Counted from the first letter of the stretch, positions 30,068 to 40,972 are shown. The stretch: DNA of 64,000 nt from an uncultured Nitrospiraceae bacterium (GCA_963811165.1 CAWEQH010000004.1:64001-128000); one strand, 5' to 3'. Numbers and translations are program-made. The notes: generated by a model not told the origin, from the sequence alone.

Positions 30068-30983
30068 TCAGCAGGAATGGCTCGACACATTTAAAGGCGT
30101 CTGTGAGGGAGACATCGGGTTCGATGTCCCGATGAGTGAGCATACCGGTCTGTCCATAGGCGGACCTGCGGATATGTTTCTCATTCCGGCTGATCCGCTT
30201 TCGGTCAGGAACCTTATGGTCGTTTTAAAGAATAAGGGCGTGCCCTTCTTTACGCTTGGCGGCGGCACGAACGTTCTTGTGCGCGACGGAGGGATCGAGG
30301 GCGTCGTTGTATCGTTGAGAAACTTTAAAAGGATAGAAGTGATCAAAGAAGGAAATACCGATGCGGAGTTATTCGTGGAGGCGGGAGTGCCGCTTCAGAA
30401 ATATGTAAATTTCTGCAAAGGCCGGGGATATTCAGGGGCCGAGGGACTTACCGGCATACCCGGGACGGTCGGCGGGGCAATCTGCGGAAACGCCGGGTCA
30501 TACGGCTGTGAAATGAAAGACGCCGTTGTCTCAGCGGCGATCATGGATTCCGGCGGGAGACTGGACAGGTTCAAGACAGAAGTTCTCGGGTTCGGTTACC
30601 GGCGGTCCGGCATAAAGAAGACGGACATTGTGCTTAGCGCCAACATCAGGCTAAGGCGAGGGGACAAGGAAGTAGTGGCTACGAAGACCGACAAGTTCTT
30701 TTCAGAGAAAAAGTTGGGCCAGCCCATTTCCGAAAGGTCTGCGGGGTGTGTATTTAAAAACCCTCCGGAGATATCGGCGGGACGCCTCATCGATGAGGCC
30801 GGGTGCAAAGGGATGAAGGCAGGAGGGATAGAGGTGAGCATGCTCCATGGGAATTTTTTTATTAACAGGGGCGGAGGTACCGCCTCTGAGTACCTTGAGC
30901 TTATGGAGCGGGTTTCGGAGATCGTGCAAAAGAAATCCGGCATAACCCTCGAACCCGAGATCAGGGTCGTAGGGAGGGAATAG
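30057..30983 (+). CDS. murB: UDP-N-acetylenolpyruvoylglucosamine reductase
   Basis: IGGPA, GGGTNVLV, GIPGTVGGA, SAGCVFKNP, HGNF, LEPE. Confidence 0.95.
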   Translation: MKRNQQEWLDTFKGVCEGDIGFDVPMSEHTGLSIGGPADMFLIPADPLSVRNLMVVLKNKGVPFFTLGGGTNVLVRDGGIEGVVVSLRNFKRIEVIKEGNTDAELFVEAGVPLQKYVNFCKGRGYSGAEGLTGIPGTVGGAICGNAGSYGCEMKDAVVSAAIMDSGGRLDRFKTEVLGFGYRRSGIKKTDIVLSANIRLRRGDKEVVATKTDKFFSEKKLGQPISERSAGCVFKNPPEISAGRLIDEAGCKGMKAGGIEVSMLHGNFFINRGGGTASEYLELMERVSEIVQKKSGITLEPEIRVVGRE

Positions 30984-30989
30984 AGGTGA

Positions 30990-31105
30990 TTGAATACAGG
31001 TTACGATATTTTCACTCATTCTCGGTCGAATCGACCTCCGAGGCTATTATCCCGACATTTCGTCGGGATAATAGAAACCGTTCGAACATCATAACCTGTA
31101 TTCAA
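30990..31105. repeat. Palindromic intergenic element (family B) between murB and ddl
   Basis: 21-bp terminal inverted repeats with 2 mismatches (ttgaatacaggttacgatatt / aacatcataacctgtattcaa); internal hairpin ctattatcccgac...gtcgggataatag. Confidence 0.8.
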
Positions 31106-31137
31106 AAAATGGAGACTGAAGTGAGGGAGATTAGAGG

Positions 31138-32064
31138 ATGACAAGGAAGGCTCTTAAGACAAAGAAGATAGGCGTTTTATTGGGAGGCAACTCTTCGGAG
31201 CGGGAGGTTTCCCTTAAGTCGGGTATGGCAGTTTACAAAGCGCTCAAGGCGAAAAAGTATAATGTGGTGGCGATAGATGCCGCCGGGGACCTCTGCAGGC
31301 TTCTAAAGAAAGAGGGCATCGATATCGCGTTTATTGTCTTACACGGCGGGACAGGTGAAAACGGTGCGGTGCAGGGCCTGCTCGAAGTGATGCGTATACC
31401 CTATACAGGTTCCGGGGTCCTTGCCTCCGCCCTTGCCATGGACAAGGAAGCATCGAAGAAGATATTCCTTTACCACGGTATCCCGGTACCGGCCTTCGGA
31501 ATAATCAGCAGTGCAGGGACCGGCAGGAAAGGCGTCAAGATCGATTTCCCTTTCCCCTGGGTGGTAAAGCCCGCTGCAGAAGGATCAAGCGTCGGCGTCG
31601 AAATAGTCAGGGATGAAACATCATTTTCAAAGGCCCTCAAAAAGGCATTATCGTATGGACAGAGGGTGGTAGTCGAACAGTATGTCCGGGGGAAAGAGGT
31701 CCAGATCGGAATCCTAAACGACAAGGTCTTAGGCGGGGTCGAGGTCAGGCCCTCGCTCGAATTTTACAACTATGAGGCCAAGTACACGGCGGGCCTTACC
31801 GAATATATTCTTCCGCCGCGCCTTTCGCAAAAAGCTTACGGGAAAGCCAAAGAAGCGGCGGTCTTTGCGCACAGGGCCCTCGGCTGTAGCGGCGCCACCA
31901 GGGTCGATCTGATCATCGACGATAAAGGAGAGCCGTTTGTTTTGGAGGTGAACACGATCCCCGGGATGACCGAAACGAGTCTGCTGCCGAAGATCGCCAA
32001 AAGCGCAGGGTATGATTTTATCGGACTTCTCGAAGAGATACTTGGGGGAGTTGGTGCTCAATAG
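31138..32064 (+). CDS. ddl: D-alanine--D-alanine ligase
   Basis: [35 protein letters not shown]. Confidence 0.97.
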   Translation: MTRKALKTKKIGVLLGGNSSEREVSLKSGMAVYKALKAKKYNVVAIDAAGDLCRLLKKEGIDIAFIVLHGGTGENGAVQGLLEVMRIPYTGSGVLASALAMDKEASKKIFLYHGIPVPAFGIISSAGTGRKGVKIDFPFPWVVKPAAEGSSVGVEIVRDETSFSKALKKALSYGQRVVVEQYVRGKEVQIGILNDKVLGGVEVRPSLEFYNYEAKYTAGLTEYILPPRLSQKAYGKAKEAAVFAHRALGCSGATRVDLIIDDKGEPFVLEVNTIPGMTETSLLPKIAKSAGYDFIGLLEEILGGVGAQ

Positions 32065-32830
32065 GAAGAAAGTCAAAAGAAACACCGTTGCCAAAAGACA
32101 GCGGTTCTCAGGACCGGTGGAAAAGGTGAAAACCGTCCTTCTCGTCGCGCTGCCTGTTTTGTGCATCGCGGCTGCCGGATATTTTGCCGTCGTTTCCGTA
32201 AGGCACTCCTTTATCATCAATAAGGTCGTTTTTACGGGAAACGTGCACCTGCCCGATGAAGATCTTAAGAACCTGGCCGGCCTCAAGGGCGGCGAGAACC
32301 TCCTTACCCTGTCGGGTGGAACTATTTACCGGAAGATCTCGGCATCCCCGTGGATACGGTATGCGGCGGTCAGGAAGGAATATCCCGATACGCTTCATAT
32401 ACGGGTGAGGGAAACGGAGCCCCTGGCGCTTCTTGATATGAAGGGACGCCTCTTTATCGTAGACGAAAAGGGCAAGATGCTGGAGGAGCTCAAGGAAAGT
32501 TCGATGCCCTTTCTCCCGATAATATCCGGTGACCCTTATGGAGAGAAAGAAGTTTTTTCCGAGGCGATACAGCTTGTCAGGACGATAAAGGAGACAGGGC
32601 TGCTGTCGCGGAAAAACCATATAGAAGTCATTGCGCACAAACTAGAGGAGATCGCCTTAAACGTCGACGGCACCGTCGTAAAAATCGGCGCCGGCGAGTA
32701 CGGCGATAAACTTACGAGGCTTGTGGAACTCGAAGAGGAGATAAAGGGCCGCCACATACCGGTGGATTACATCGACCTGAGATTTGCCAACAGGGTAGTC
32801 GTCAAGCCGGTAAACGAGGTAATACGATGA
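32054..32830 (+). CDS. ftsQ: Cell division protein FtsQ/DivIB
   Basis: Basic N-tail, one TM, POTRA (PWI...YPDTL..RVRE), YIDLRF; start position approximate. Confidence 0.9.
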   Translation: MLNRKKVKRNTVAKRQRFSGPVEKVKTVLLVALPVLCIAAAGYFAVVSVRHSFIINKVVFTGNVHLPDEDLKNLAGLKGGENLLTLSGGTIYRKISASPWIRYAAVRKEYPDTLHIRVRETEPLALLDMKGRLFIVDEKGKMLEELKESSMPFLPIISGDPYGEKEVFSEAIQLVRTIKETGLLSRKNHIEVIAHKLEEIALNVDGTVVKIGAGEYGDKLTRLVELEEEIKGRHIPVDYIDLRFANRVVVKPVNEVIR

Positions 32831-34107
32831 CCCGGCAGCATATCACAGTGGGACTCGATGTCGGAACGACGAAGGTCTGCGCCGTCGTTGCAGATGTGGG
32901 CCGGAAGGAAGCGGAGATACTCGGTATAGGTGTTTCGCCTTCTCAGGGCCTAAAGAAGGGGATTGTAATAAACATCGATGCGACGGTAGATTCGATAAAG
33001 AAGGCCGTAAAAGGGGCGGAGGCGTCTTCCGGGACGAGGATCAAGTCCGTATCGGTCGGCATCTCGGGGACGCATATCAAGGGGTTCGGCAGTTCAGGCG
33101 CAGTAGGGTTGAGGGGCAAAGAAGTCTCTTTTGTCGATGTCTCACGCTCGATAGATTCGGCCAAGGCGGTCTACATCCCCCTTGACAGGGAGGTGCTGCA
33201 CGTGCTGCCGACGGGATTTGTTTTGGACGGCCAGGACGGCATTACCGATCCGATAGGTATGTCCGGCGTCCGGCTGGAGGCAAGGGTCCATATTATTACC
33301 GGGGCGGCTTCACCCATGCAAAACCTTCTTAAGTGCTGCGAAAAAGCAGGACTCGAAGTCTCCGATGTTGTGTTTGAGCCGCTTGCCTCTTCGCATGTCG
33401 TTCTTTCGAAGGAAGAAAAGGAAGCCGGTTCGGTCCTTGTCGACCTGGGCGGCGGCACGACCGACGTGGCCCTTTTTAAAGACAACACGATGAGATATGC
33501 CTCGGTCATCGGGGTGGGAGGAAATCATTTTACAAACGATATCGCGGTAGGTCTGAGGATTACGATGAGCGAGGCGGAGAAGGTCAAGAAGGCCTCGGGG
33601 GCAGCGTATGAGCACTTCGTCGGTGATGCAGAAGAGATACAGATAACCCAGGCAGGAGGACAGGTGAGGACCCTGCCCAGGAAATACGTCGCCGAGATAC
33701 TTCAGCCCAGGTGCGAGGAGGTACTTGAACTCATCAAAGAGGAGATCAGGAAGTGTTCGGGACATGGTGCCGCCCTCTGCGGCGTGGTAATAACCGGAGG
33801 GGCTTCGCAGCTGAGCGGTTTTGAAAAGATGGCCGAGTCGGTCCTTGGCCTTCCGGTAAGGGCAGGATTACCGGAGCATCTGAAGGGACCCAAGAGCGAA
33901 ATAAATAGCCCTGTGTATTCTACAGGCGTGGGTCTTGCCACGTTTGGCTACGCGCCCGAGGTAAAGGACGTTTCGCCTGCCGGTCTTTTAAGCGGAGTGT
34001 TTGCCACGGTGGGCGACTGGGTAAAAGGTAAATTCGGATATGCGGATTATTTTAATTTCAATAACAGAAAGGAAGGGGGAGTGCTATGTTTGAAATCGAG
34101 GAAGTAA
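32827..34107 (+). CDS. ftsA: Cell division protein FtsA
   Basis: GLDVGTTKV, VDLGGGTTD, AEKVK, TGGASQL. Confidence 0.96.
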   Translation: MTRQHITVGLDVGTTKVCAVVADVGRKEAEILGIGVSPSQGLKKGIVINIDATVDSIKKAVKGAEASSGTRIKSVSVGISGTHIKGFGSSGAVGLRGKEVSFVDVSRSIDSAKAVYIPLDREVLHVLPTGFVLDGQDGITDPIGMSGVRLEARVHIITGAASPMQNLLKCCEKAGLEVSDVVFEPLASSHVVLSKEEKEAGSVLVDLGGGTTDVALFKDNTMRYASVIGVGGNHFTNDIAVGLRITMSEAEKVKKASGAAYEHFVGDAEEIQITQAGGQVRTLPRKYVAEILQPRCEEVLELIKEEIRKCSGHGAALCGVVITGGASQLSGFEKMAESVLGLPVRAGLPEHLKGPKSEINSPVYSTGVGLATFGYAPEVKDVSPAGLLSGVFATVGDWVKGKFGYADYFNFNNRKEGGVLCLKSRK

Positions 34108-35240
34108 GAGGGCAGAAGGCCAAGATCAAGGTCATTGGCGCCGGAGGGGCCGGAGGCAACGCGATCAATAATATGATCGCTTCAAACCTCCAGGGCGTCG
34201 AGTTCGTAGGCATCAACACCGATTTGCAGGTGCTTGAGACGTCACTTGCGCCGGTAAAGGTGCAGATAGGAATGGAATTGACCAGGGGCCTGGGTGCGGG
34301 GTCGAATCCCGAGATAGGGAGACAGGCTGCGCTTGAAGACAGGGCGGCGATCATGGAGTGTATGGATGGCTGCGACATGGTCTTTATTACCGCCGGCATG
34401 GGTGGAGGGACCGGAACCGGAGCGGCACCCGTTATCGCAGAGGTTGCCAAGGAGATGGGCGTTCTTACGGTCGCGGTTGTCACCAAACCTTTTTTCTATG
34501 AAGGCAAAAAAAGGCTGATAAATGCGGAAGAAGGGATGAAGGAGCTGACCAAGCACGTAGATACCCTGATCGTTATCCCCAATGACAGGATAAGTCTCGT
34601 CGTCGAGAAGGGCACACCGATGCTGAAATCCTTTTCGATCGCAAACGACGTGTTGAGGCAGGCGGTGCAGGGCATATCGGATATAATTTTGGTCCCCGGA
34701 CTCATTAACGTCGATTTCGCCGACGTCAGGACCATAATGCAGAAAGTCGGCCGTGCAGTAATGGGCATGGGCATAGGAAGGGGCGAGGGAGGCGCTTTCG
34801 AAGCGGCCAAGAAAGCCATCTCAAACCCGCTCCTTGAAGACTCATCCATCGAAGGCTCCAGGGGCATTCTCATCAATATCACAGGCGGGCTTGAGCTCTC
34901 GCTAAGCGAGGTGCAGGACGCCACGTCTCTTATTTATGATTCGGCCCATGAGGACGTCAATGTGATCTTCGGCGCGGTTATAGACCCCGACATCAAAGAC
35001 GAAGTCAGGGTGACGGTAATCGCCACGGGTTTTGAAGAAAAGAGGGAAAAGATAGAACTCCCGCAGATCAAGAAGTGGACGCCGTTGAAAGAACCTGTTA
35101 CCTTTAAAGGTTCGGAGCGGGTGCTTGCCAAAAGTCTCACGACCTTTGATGCAGCCGCGGCAAAAGAGGATATCTTTAACTATGAAGACGCTATCGACCT
35201 GCCCGCTTTTTTGAGGAGGTCCCAGCATAAAGAGATCTGA
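34086..35240 (+). CDS. ftsZ: Cell division protein FtsZ
   Basis: GGAGGNA, GMGGGTGTG, INVDFAD, C-terminal DLPAFLRR. Confidence 0.98.
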   Translation: MFEIEEVRGQKAKIKVIGAGGAGGNAINNMIASNLQGVEFVGINTDLQVLETSLAPVKVQIGMELTRGLGAGSNPEIGRQAALEDRAAIMECMDGCDMVFITAGMGGGTGTGAAPVIAEVAKEMGVLTVAVVTKPFFYEGKKRLINAEEGMKELTKHVDTLIVIPNDRISLVVEKGTPMLKSFSIANDVLRQAVQGISDIILVPGLINVDFADVRTIMQKVGRAVMGMGIGRGEGGAFEAAKKAISNPLLEDSSIEGSRGILINITGGLELSLSEVQDATSLIYDSAHEDVNVIFGAVIDPDIKDEVRVTVIATGFEEKREKIELPQIKKWTPLKEPVTFKGSERVLAKSLTTFDAAAAKEDIFNYEDAIDLPAFLRRSQHKEI

Positions 35241-35403
35241 TTTTCCCCCCCAGAGGGGCTTCCTATCCCCCCCGATGGAAGCCCCTCCCCCCCTCATATA
35301 TGTCGTCTCGGGGTTGTCTTTTTTTGTCCTTGAACAACTCCGTCAGATCATCTATAATTTGATCAGATGCTGAAAATTCTCAAGGTCTGGCGGGGGATAT
35401 CTG

Positions 35404-35985
35404 ATGAGTGCTGCTGAAGAGAACGAGAGAGGACCGTCGTTTGGCGAACCAGCTCCTGATTTCGAGACTATAATAGCGGGGCAGACCATAAGACTGAGGG
35501 ACTTCAGGGGGAAGTGGGTCGTTATTTTTACCCATCCGGGGGACCTGTTGTCGGTTTTTAAGACGAGGACAATAAAGTACCTCCTCTGCAAAAGACGTAC
35601 GAAGGTGATCGCACTCGGTGACGGACAGACGGAGGGTATCGATACGGGAAGGAACCTCTTAAAAAAATATATACTCAAACATAATGTGATGATAGTCGAT
35701 GATTCCGGGGGAGGGATCGCCGGAAGCTACGGGTTGCCTGGTCCGGGCAATGAACCTCAGGGGGAAAAAGGGGTCTTCATTGTCGACCCGGGGGGCATTC
35801 TAAGGGTAAAACTTTATCTCCCGCTGGCCTCAGACAGGAGCTTTTACGAGGTCCTTAAATTGATCGATGTGCTCCAGGCTGCCGATAAGCAGAAGGCTCT
35901 TCGGACCGGCAAGAAAACCCTGCGGCGGCGACTCGACATGGTGATAAGGTCGGGGACCGCTTCCGGGGAAGGACAGACGGGATAA
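35404..35985 (+). CDS. Peroxiredoxin (AhpC/TSA)-fold protein lacking the peroxidatic Cys
   Basis: GEPAPDF, LRDFRGKWVVIFTHPGD, VFIVDPGGILR, R..YEVLKLIDVLQ present; no TPVC motif. Confidence 0.75.
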   Translation: MSAAEENERGPSFGEPAPDFETIIAGQTIRLRDFRGKWVVIFTHPGDLLSVFKTRTIKYLLCKRRTKVIALGDGQTEGIDTGRNLLKKYILKHNVMIVDDSGGGIAGSYGLPGPGNEPQGEKGVFIVDPGGILRVKLYLPLASDRSFYEVLKLIDVLQAADKQKALRTGKKTLRRRLDMVIRSGTASGEGQTG

Positions 35986-36077
35986 AAGGGGCGAAGCTAA
36001 GGTTGCCGGGGGACCTTCGGGAAGATGCCTGAAAATGCGGGCAGTCTGCCGGACATTGCCACAAATACGCGGTTTTT

Positions 36078-36347
36078 TTAGTAATGCTTAATTAAGGACA
36101 GTCCGCACCTGTAGTTATTGGGGGCTATCTCCTGACACCACTTCACAGTAACGTAACGCGCCCCCAGCCACGAACCTTTGCATTCCACCCTTAATATGCT
36201 TCCTGTCTTTATCGGATCATTAGTCATTATGCTCATGCCGGATTTGCTCTCCTCTATCAGGACCCCCAAGTTTTCGGTTATTTCAGAAGCATATGACCAG
36301 CAAACATCCCCGATAAGCTGCTGCCTGAATTCTTTTCTTTGGTCCAT
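36078..36347 (-). CDS. Small PilZ-like domain protein
   Basis: QRKEFR (RxxxR), ESKSGM (variant D/NxSxxG), VKWC...YRCGL. Confidence 0.6.
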   Translation of the reverse strand: MDQRKEFRQQLIGDVCWSYASEITENLGVLIEESKSGMSIMTNDPIKTGSILRVECKGSWLGARYVTVKWCQEIAPNNYRCGLSLIKHY

Positions 36348-36517
36348 TGCGCAAATTATATCCGGTTCTCTTCATTAAATTCAATTGAAAAGTTACCTTC
36401 TGATGAACGCATTTCCGGTAGCGGTCAATCAAGTTTACCCGCCGCCAAGGTTCCTATCGCCGTAAAGCTGAAGAGCCATCGGTATATGGTATAATCACTT
36501 GAAAGCCGGGTGGCTTC

Positions 36518-37291
36518 ATGGCTGATAAACCGTTAATTCCAGAAATTCAGGACGCTGTCCGCAGGAAGTACGTTGAGGTCTCGACCTCGGCCGGGGGTAA
36601 ATTCAATTATCCCACGGGCAGGGAGGGCGCACTGCTGCAGGGATACGATGTTAACGTCGTCGAAAGCTTGAAAGATGAGATGGTGGAATCGTTTTGCGGT
36701 GTCGGAAACCCCTTCAAGCTCGGGCCTGTGAAGCCGGGGGATACGCTTTTAGATGTGGGGTGCGGGGCTGGTTTTGATCTGATCATTGCGAGCTTTCTCG
36801 TTGGACAGCGGGGGAAGGTATGCGGCATAGACATAACCCCGGAGATGGCGGAGAAAGCAAAGAAAAATCTGTTCGATATCGCACTTTCCGATTTCGACGT
36901 CAGGGTCTCAGGCGCGGAGTCAATCCCCTATGCCGACAATACATTCGATGTCGTCATCTCTAACGGCGTGTTAAACCTTTCTCCCTCAAAAGAAAAGGCA
37001 TTCAGGGAAATAGTGCGGGTACTTAAGCCCCACGGTCGTCTTCAGTTTGCAGATATAGTCCGGAGAGAAGCTTGCTCCCCTGCCGGAGGCGATACCCTTG
37101 AGTCATGGTCGAGTTGAATAGGGGGCGCGATCTCCGTGAGGGATCTGACCGACTTGCTGAAAAATGCAGGCTTTATTGAGGTCGAATATCTGGGAGAAAC
37201 AGGCGTCTCTACCTCAGCCTGCACCGTCGGCGCCTTGTTCAGGGCGTTATCCCCTCCCCCAGGAACTGATAGGGAAGGGGATAACGAATGA
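36518..37291 (+). CDS. ArsM-like SAM methyltransferase, probable selenoprotein (UGA 37115-37117 read as Sec)
   Basis: SFCGVGNP, LDVGCGAGFD, VISNGVLNL; the frame continues past TGA as WSS-U-IGGAI...LKNAGF to 37291. Confidence 0.85.
37129..37145 (+). promoter_or_regulatory. Putative bacterial SECIS hairpin
   Basis: gatctcc-GTGA-gggatc stem-loop starting 12 nt after the in-frame UGA. Confidence 0.6.
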
Positions 37292-37296
37292 CTGCC

Positions 37297-38010
37297 TTAC
37301 GAGGCACATTTACTAGCCAGTTTTCTTAGCGTTGCCAGGAAATCGTGAGACCCATCGTTCCTGACATCATTTTTCACTATGATGTCTGTCGGCCTTACGT
37401 CCTTTCCGTAATAAGCGCTGTTAAGACTGTCTCTTACATCAACAACCGAGCCCTCAAGGTTCAAGCCGGCATAAAGGCCCTTTGCTTTCGCAAAAGAGAC
37501 AAAGTCCGTCGTGATGTTGGCCTTTGCGCCCTCGCCTATTGGCCCCAGGGCAATGGAGGTATCACCGCCGAGTTTGAAAGACGACGCCAGCAGGGAATCT
37601 ACTGCCTTCTGGCTCATCACCATCATGATCACCTCGGCCGCCTCACCGCCTATCTGCAGGCCAAACGTCACCGAGCCCAGTGTATAGAATGCGGGCTCGC
37701 TCCATTTGCAGGTCTTTTCATCTCTTAATACAAGCACCCCCGTTCCTCCCGAACCGCCAAGGATGAATCCGCCCTTAATGACTTGCGGAAAAATCAGCAA
37801 ACCCTTTGCGTTTTTTAGGTTCTCATGGAGCCATGTGTAGTGAGAGTCGCTCATGAAGTCGTCAAATGTCACCCGGGCCTTATCAACGATGCCCTGGGCG
37901 GCTTCTTTAGAGTCTGCTGCAGTCGATGGCGCGGCTGTCATCAGAAGCATGCCCGCCGTCACCAGGAAGATCAACAAAATCGATATAAACAATCGTCTTT
38001 CGCCTTTCAT
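37297..38010 (-). CDS. Ysc84/SYLF lipid-binding domain protein, exported
   Basis: AKGLLIFP, GGSGGTGVL, WSEPAF, FGLQIG, KGLYAGLNLEG. Confidence 0.9.
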   Translation of the reverse strand: MKGERRLFISILLIFLVTAGMLLMTAAPSTAADSKEAAQGIVDKARVTFDDFMSDSHYTWLHENLKNAKGLLIFPQVIKGGFILGGSGGTGVLVLRDEKTCKWSEPAFYTLGSVTFGLQIGGEAAEVIMMVMSQKAVDSLLASSFKLGGDTSIALGPIGEGAKANITTDFVSFAKAKGLYAGLNLEGSVVDVRDSLNSAYYGKDVRPTDIIVKNDVRNDGSHDFLATLRKLASKCAS

Positions 38011-38360
38011 CTTCGTTTCCTCCTTTCTTCAATCCGTGTTTCCAGGTCAATGAATTTCTCCGGAAGGCTGGGAGTAAAACTCATACCCCCGCTCCGGTTT
38101 CCTATGATTGACCTCGACATATCCATTTTTGAATTCACCTATTCTCCTGTCTGAATATATAATATGTCTCTTAAATTGGCACATCCGGGTTTCTCGTTTG
38201 GGGCCGATCTATGACCAAATACCCGGGGGAAAAGTGGAAATGGGCCTTTTTTAAAAAAATCCTTCCATTTTTATCGTTTGGCTTGATTTGCCCCGTTAAA
38301 TGAGATGCACTTTTGCCTTGCTCGCCATAAAACCCGGCCAACCGGAGATATAATGAGAAG

Positions 38361-38732
38361 ATGAAGGCGTTATTTGGCATCTTCGCAATTGTTTTCTTGT
38401 TTTCTTTGGTTGAAAGTTGTGCCGTTGCCCCCTCGGATGACGATATAAAGGGGGCGATCACCGATTACTTTGAGCGGCAGCATTATCGCGTCGTTGATCT
38501 AAGGATAGGGAAAATCGGGGATATTCCTCTTTCTCAAAAGACCTATATGGGCACTCCCGGATATGTCGTTGAAGTCCCGACCATTACCTTTGAAGCCCTT
38601 GAAGAAAAAGGTTTTGATATCAGCAAAGGCACCCGGCTGACTTTTTCGAACGCAAGGATAATGGTAAGACAGGATACAGGGGATAAAGACCTTTGGCGCG
38701 TATCGATCATTTCAGGTATTGTTGTGCCTTAA
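38361..38732 (+). CDS. Hypothetical lipoprotein
   Basis: Signal peptide ending in Cys (ESCAVAPSDDDIK). Confidence 0.65.
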   Translation: MKALFGIFAIVFLFSLVESCAVAPSDDDIKGAITDYFERQHYRVVDLRIGKIGDIPLSQKTYMGTPGYVVEVPTITFEALEEKGFDISKGTRLTFSNARIMVRQDTGDKDLWRVSIISGIVVP

Positions 38733-38853
38733 TGAGGTTCTCATGAATTGTCTTTTGCAAAACGGGACGTGTCCTTTTCCCGGGTAACAAGCATATGATG
38801 GATGATAAGATTATAGGATATAAAGCGGCAGAGAAAATAAACGGAGGTCCGAT

Positions 38854-39423
38854 ATGGAAAAAAAGGTAGTGTATTTCGAAAAACCGGGGAAAGAGAATAC
38901 CGGCGCATGCCTTGATCTGGCAATAGAAGCGCTCAATGAAGGCGGATACCGACATGTTGTCGTGGCATCGACCACCGGCTCAAGCGGGCTCCTTTTCTCA
39001 GGGGCCCTTAAAAACAGAGGCGTCAATACGGTTGTCGTGACCCACTCGGCGGGATTCAAGGGGCCAAACACGTGTGAGATGCCGGGCGAGACCATCGAAA
39101 AGATCAGGGCAAACGGGGCAAAGATATATACGGGCACGATACTCACCCATTCCATAGAGACTTCGTTGAGCGCAAAATTCAGCGGCATATATCCGGCGAT
39201 GATAATCGCGCAGGCATTAAGAAGGTTCGGGGAAGGGGCGAAGGTCTGCTGTGAGATAGTAATGATGGCTGTCGACGCCGGTCTTGTCCCTGAAGTCGAA
39301 GAGGTGCTCGCGGTCGCAGGTACGGGTTACGGCTCAGATACGGTCATGGTGATAAAATCAGCCGCTTCAAAAAGGTTCCTCGATCTAAAGGTCCTGGAGA
39401 TACTCGCAAAACCGAGGGGGTAA
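38854..39423 (+). CDS. Pyruvate kinase C-terminal-like domain protein (MTH1675/DUF1867 type)
   Basis: YFEKPGKENT, VVASTTG, VVVTH, FGEGAKVCCEIVMMAVDAG. Confidence 0.85.
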   Translation: MEKKVVYFEKPGKENTGACLDLAIEALNEGGYRHVVVASTTGSSGLLFSGALKNRGVNTVVVTHSAGFKGPNTCEMPGETIEKIRANGAKIYTGTILTHSIETSLSAKFSGIYPAMIIAQALRRFGEGAKVCCEIVMMAVDAGLVPEVEEVLAVAGTGYGSDTVMVIKSAASKRFLDLKVLEILAKPRG

Positions 39424-39448
39424 CATTTTCGGCAAACGGCGTATCACC

Positions 39449-39958
39449 CTATTGTTCCTCTTCTTCAATAATGACGAGAGGCAGCCCGCAATCCGGGCAT
39501 TCCCTGGCACCTGAGCCCACGGATGAACCACAGGCAGGACACTTTCCCTGCTTCAGTAATTCATTGGAAGCTCGGAGCTCCGGGTTGATTTCCATGAAGT
39601 ATTCCTCGATCCTCGCCCGTGCCCTCTCAAGATCGGCAGAGGAGACGACTAAGCGGCATTTATCCCCGCAGCATCCTTTTTTACAGTCGTCATCGGAATG
39701 GATGGTGCAGGGTATACCGGAATCTATGAGGACTTCGCGCAGTTCACCCAGCCAATTAAGGTCGCCCTCCCTGACCGAAACCGTGTCTTCGACAGACTTT
39801 TCCTTAAGCCGCTTCCTTTCCTCTTCCGCCATTTTGTATTGCTCCGGAAAAAGGAGGACCGCCCCGCAATCTACGCATTTCTCGATATGCGGGAGATACT
39901 CTGTTTTACACTGAGGGCATGTCTTATTCCGGTTCATAGTTTCCTGATGGTCAGACAA
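39449..39958 (-). CDS. Zinc-ribbon domain protein
   Basis: CPQC, CVDC, CKKGCC, CPAC, CPDC. Confidence 0.75.
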   Translation of the reverse strand: MSDHQETMNRNKTCPQCKTEYLPHIEKCVDCGAVLLFPEQYKMAEEERKRLKEKSVEDTVSVREGDLNWLGELREVLIDSGIPCTIHSDDDCKKGCCGDKCRLVVSSADLERARARIEEYFMEINPELRASNELLKQGKCPACGSSVGSGARECPDCGLPLVIIEEEEQ

Positions 39959-40023
39959 TTATCGCATTTTCGGATCAGTTAATGCATCCTCTTTTTCTCT
40001 CATTCGTGGTTCCTCAGTATGAG

Positions 40024-40572
40024 TTAGGGGTCCTTTATCTTCGCTTCGTCGTTTTGAAGTTTCTTCCACCTTCTGAAAACAAAGACCCTTTCGATGAAGT
40101 TCTCCCGCAAGGCCGGATCCTGAAGACGTCCGTCGTCCTCCACGGGGATGAGAGGAAAGCGTTCCATGAATGCCCCGGCAAAGATTCCGACACCTCTAGG
40201 TACCGGGATACCCGAGGGGGTATATACGTTCACGCCTCTCATCCCTGAACTAGGCGACCTGCTCTTAAAGACAAAGCCGCATAGATCTTCTCTCTCCAGC
40301 TCAGCGAGTCTTTGCGCGGCCCATCTTTGCATGCCGTCGGTATGGTCGATTCCCGTATGGGTTGTGACAAGCCGCGCGGCCCCGGGGTTTCCGATTAAAC
40401 GCATAGCCTCTCTGGGAACAGGCAGACCGTATTCGACCTCAGGGCAGACAGGCAGCCAGTCCACGTACCGTCCGAGCGTCTCCTTGAGGTAGTGATCGAG
40501 CTTGTGTCCGCCGTCGTACCGGACTTTCTCACCGAGGAGGCATGAGCTTATCCCGAGTCTTATTTTTTCCAT
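40024..40572 (-). CDS. DUF523 (2-thiouracil desulfurase TudS-like) protein, without a DUF1722 domain
   Basis: GISSCLLGEKVRYDGGH, VCPEV, KSRSPSSG. Confidence 0.88.
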   Translation of the reverse strand: MEKIRLGISSCLLGEKVRYDGGHKLDHYLKETLGRYVDWLPVCPEVEYGLPVPREAMRLIGNPGAARLVTTHTGIDHTDGMQRWAAQRLAELEREDLCGFVFKSRSPSSGMRGVNVYTPSGIPVPRGVGIFAGAFMERFPLIPVEDDGRLQDPALRENFIERVFVFRRWKKLQNDEAKIKDP

Positions 40573-40652
40573 CCCTTTTTATTTTCCGAAGCCTTCTGTT
40601 ATGGGTTCATTTCGTGTTCTGCCGGGCAGGGCAAGCTCTGCCCCTATGGGAT

Positions 40653-40832
40653 TTATTCTATTGTGATCGCCCGGAACGGACAACAAAAGACAACATCCTT
40701 GTGCTCCTCGGATACGAACTTCTCGTAGTTTATCACCCACGCCCTGTCGTCTCTCATTACGAAGAACAACGGATAGAGTTCGGCACATGCCCCGCAGCCC
40801 TCGCATTGACTGTAATCGATATATGGTATCAA
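40653..40832 (-). CDS. Small single-cluster ferredoxin
   Basis: CEGCGAC...CCPFRAI; TTG start after SD. Confidence 0.8.
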   Translation of the reverse strand: MIPYIDYSQCEGCGACAELYPLFFVMRDDRAWVINYEKFVSEEHKDVVFCCPFRAITIE

Positions 40833-40972
40833 TCGTTGCCGCCTTCTTTTGGTAATCAAAGATTCTATAACTTTATTATACCGCGGCGGCAGAGGTGGAA
40901 TGGGAAGTACGCGCAATTGATTCCATATCTTTTGCACAATGTATCATGTCTCTATGTATGGCTGAACAGCGT

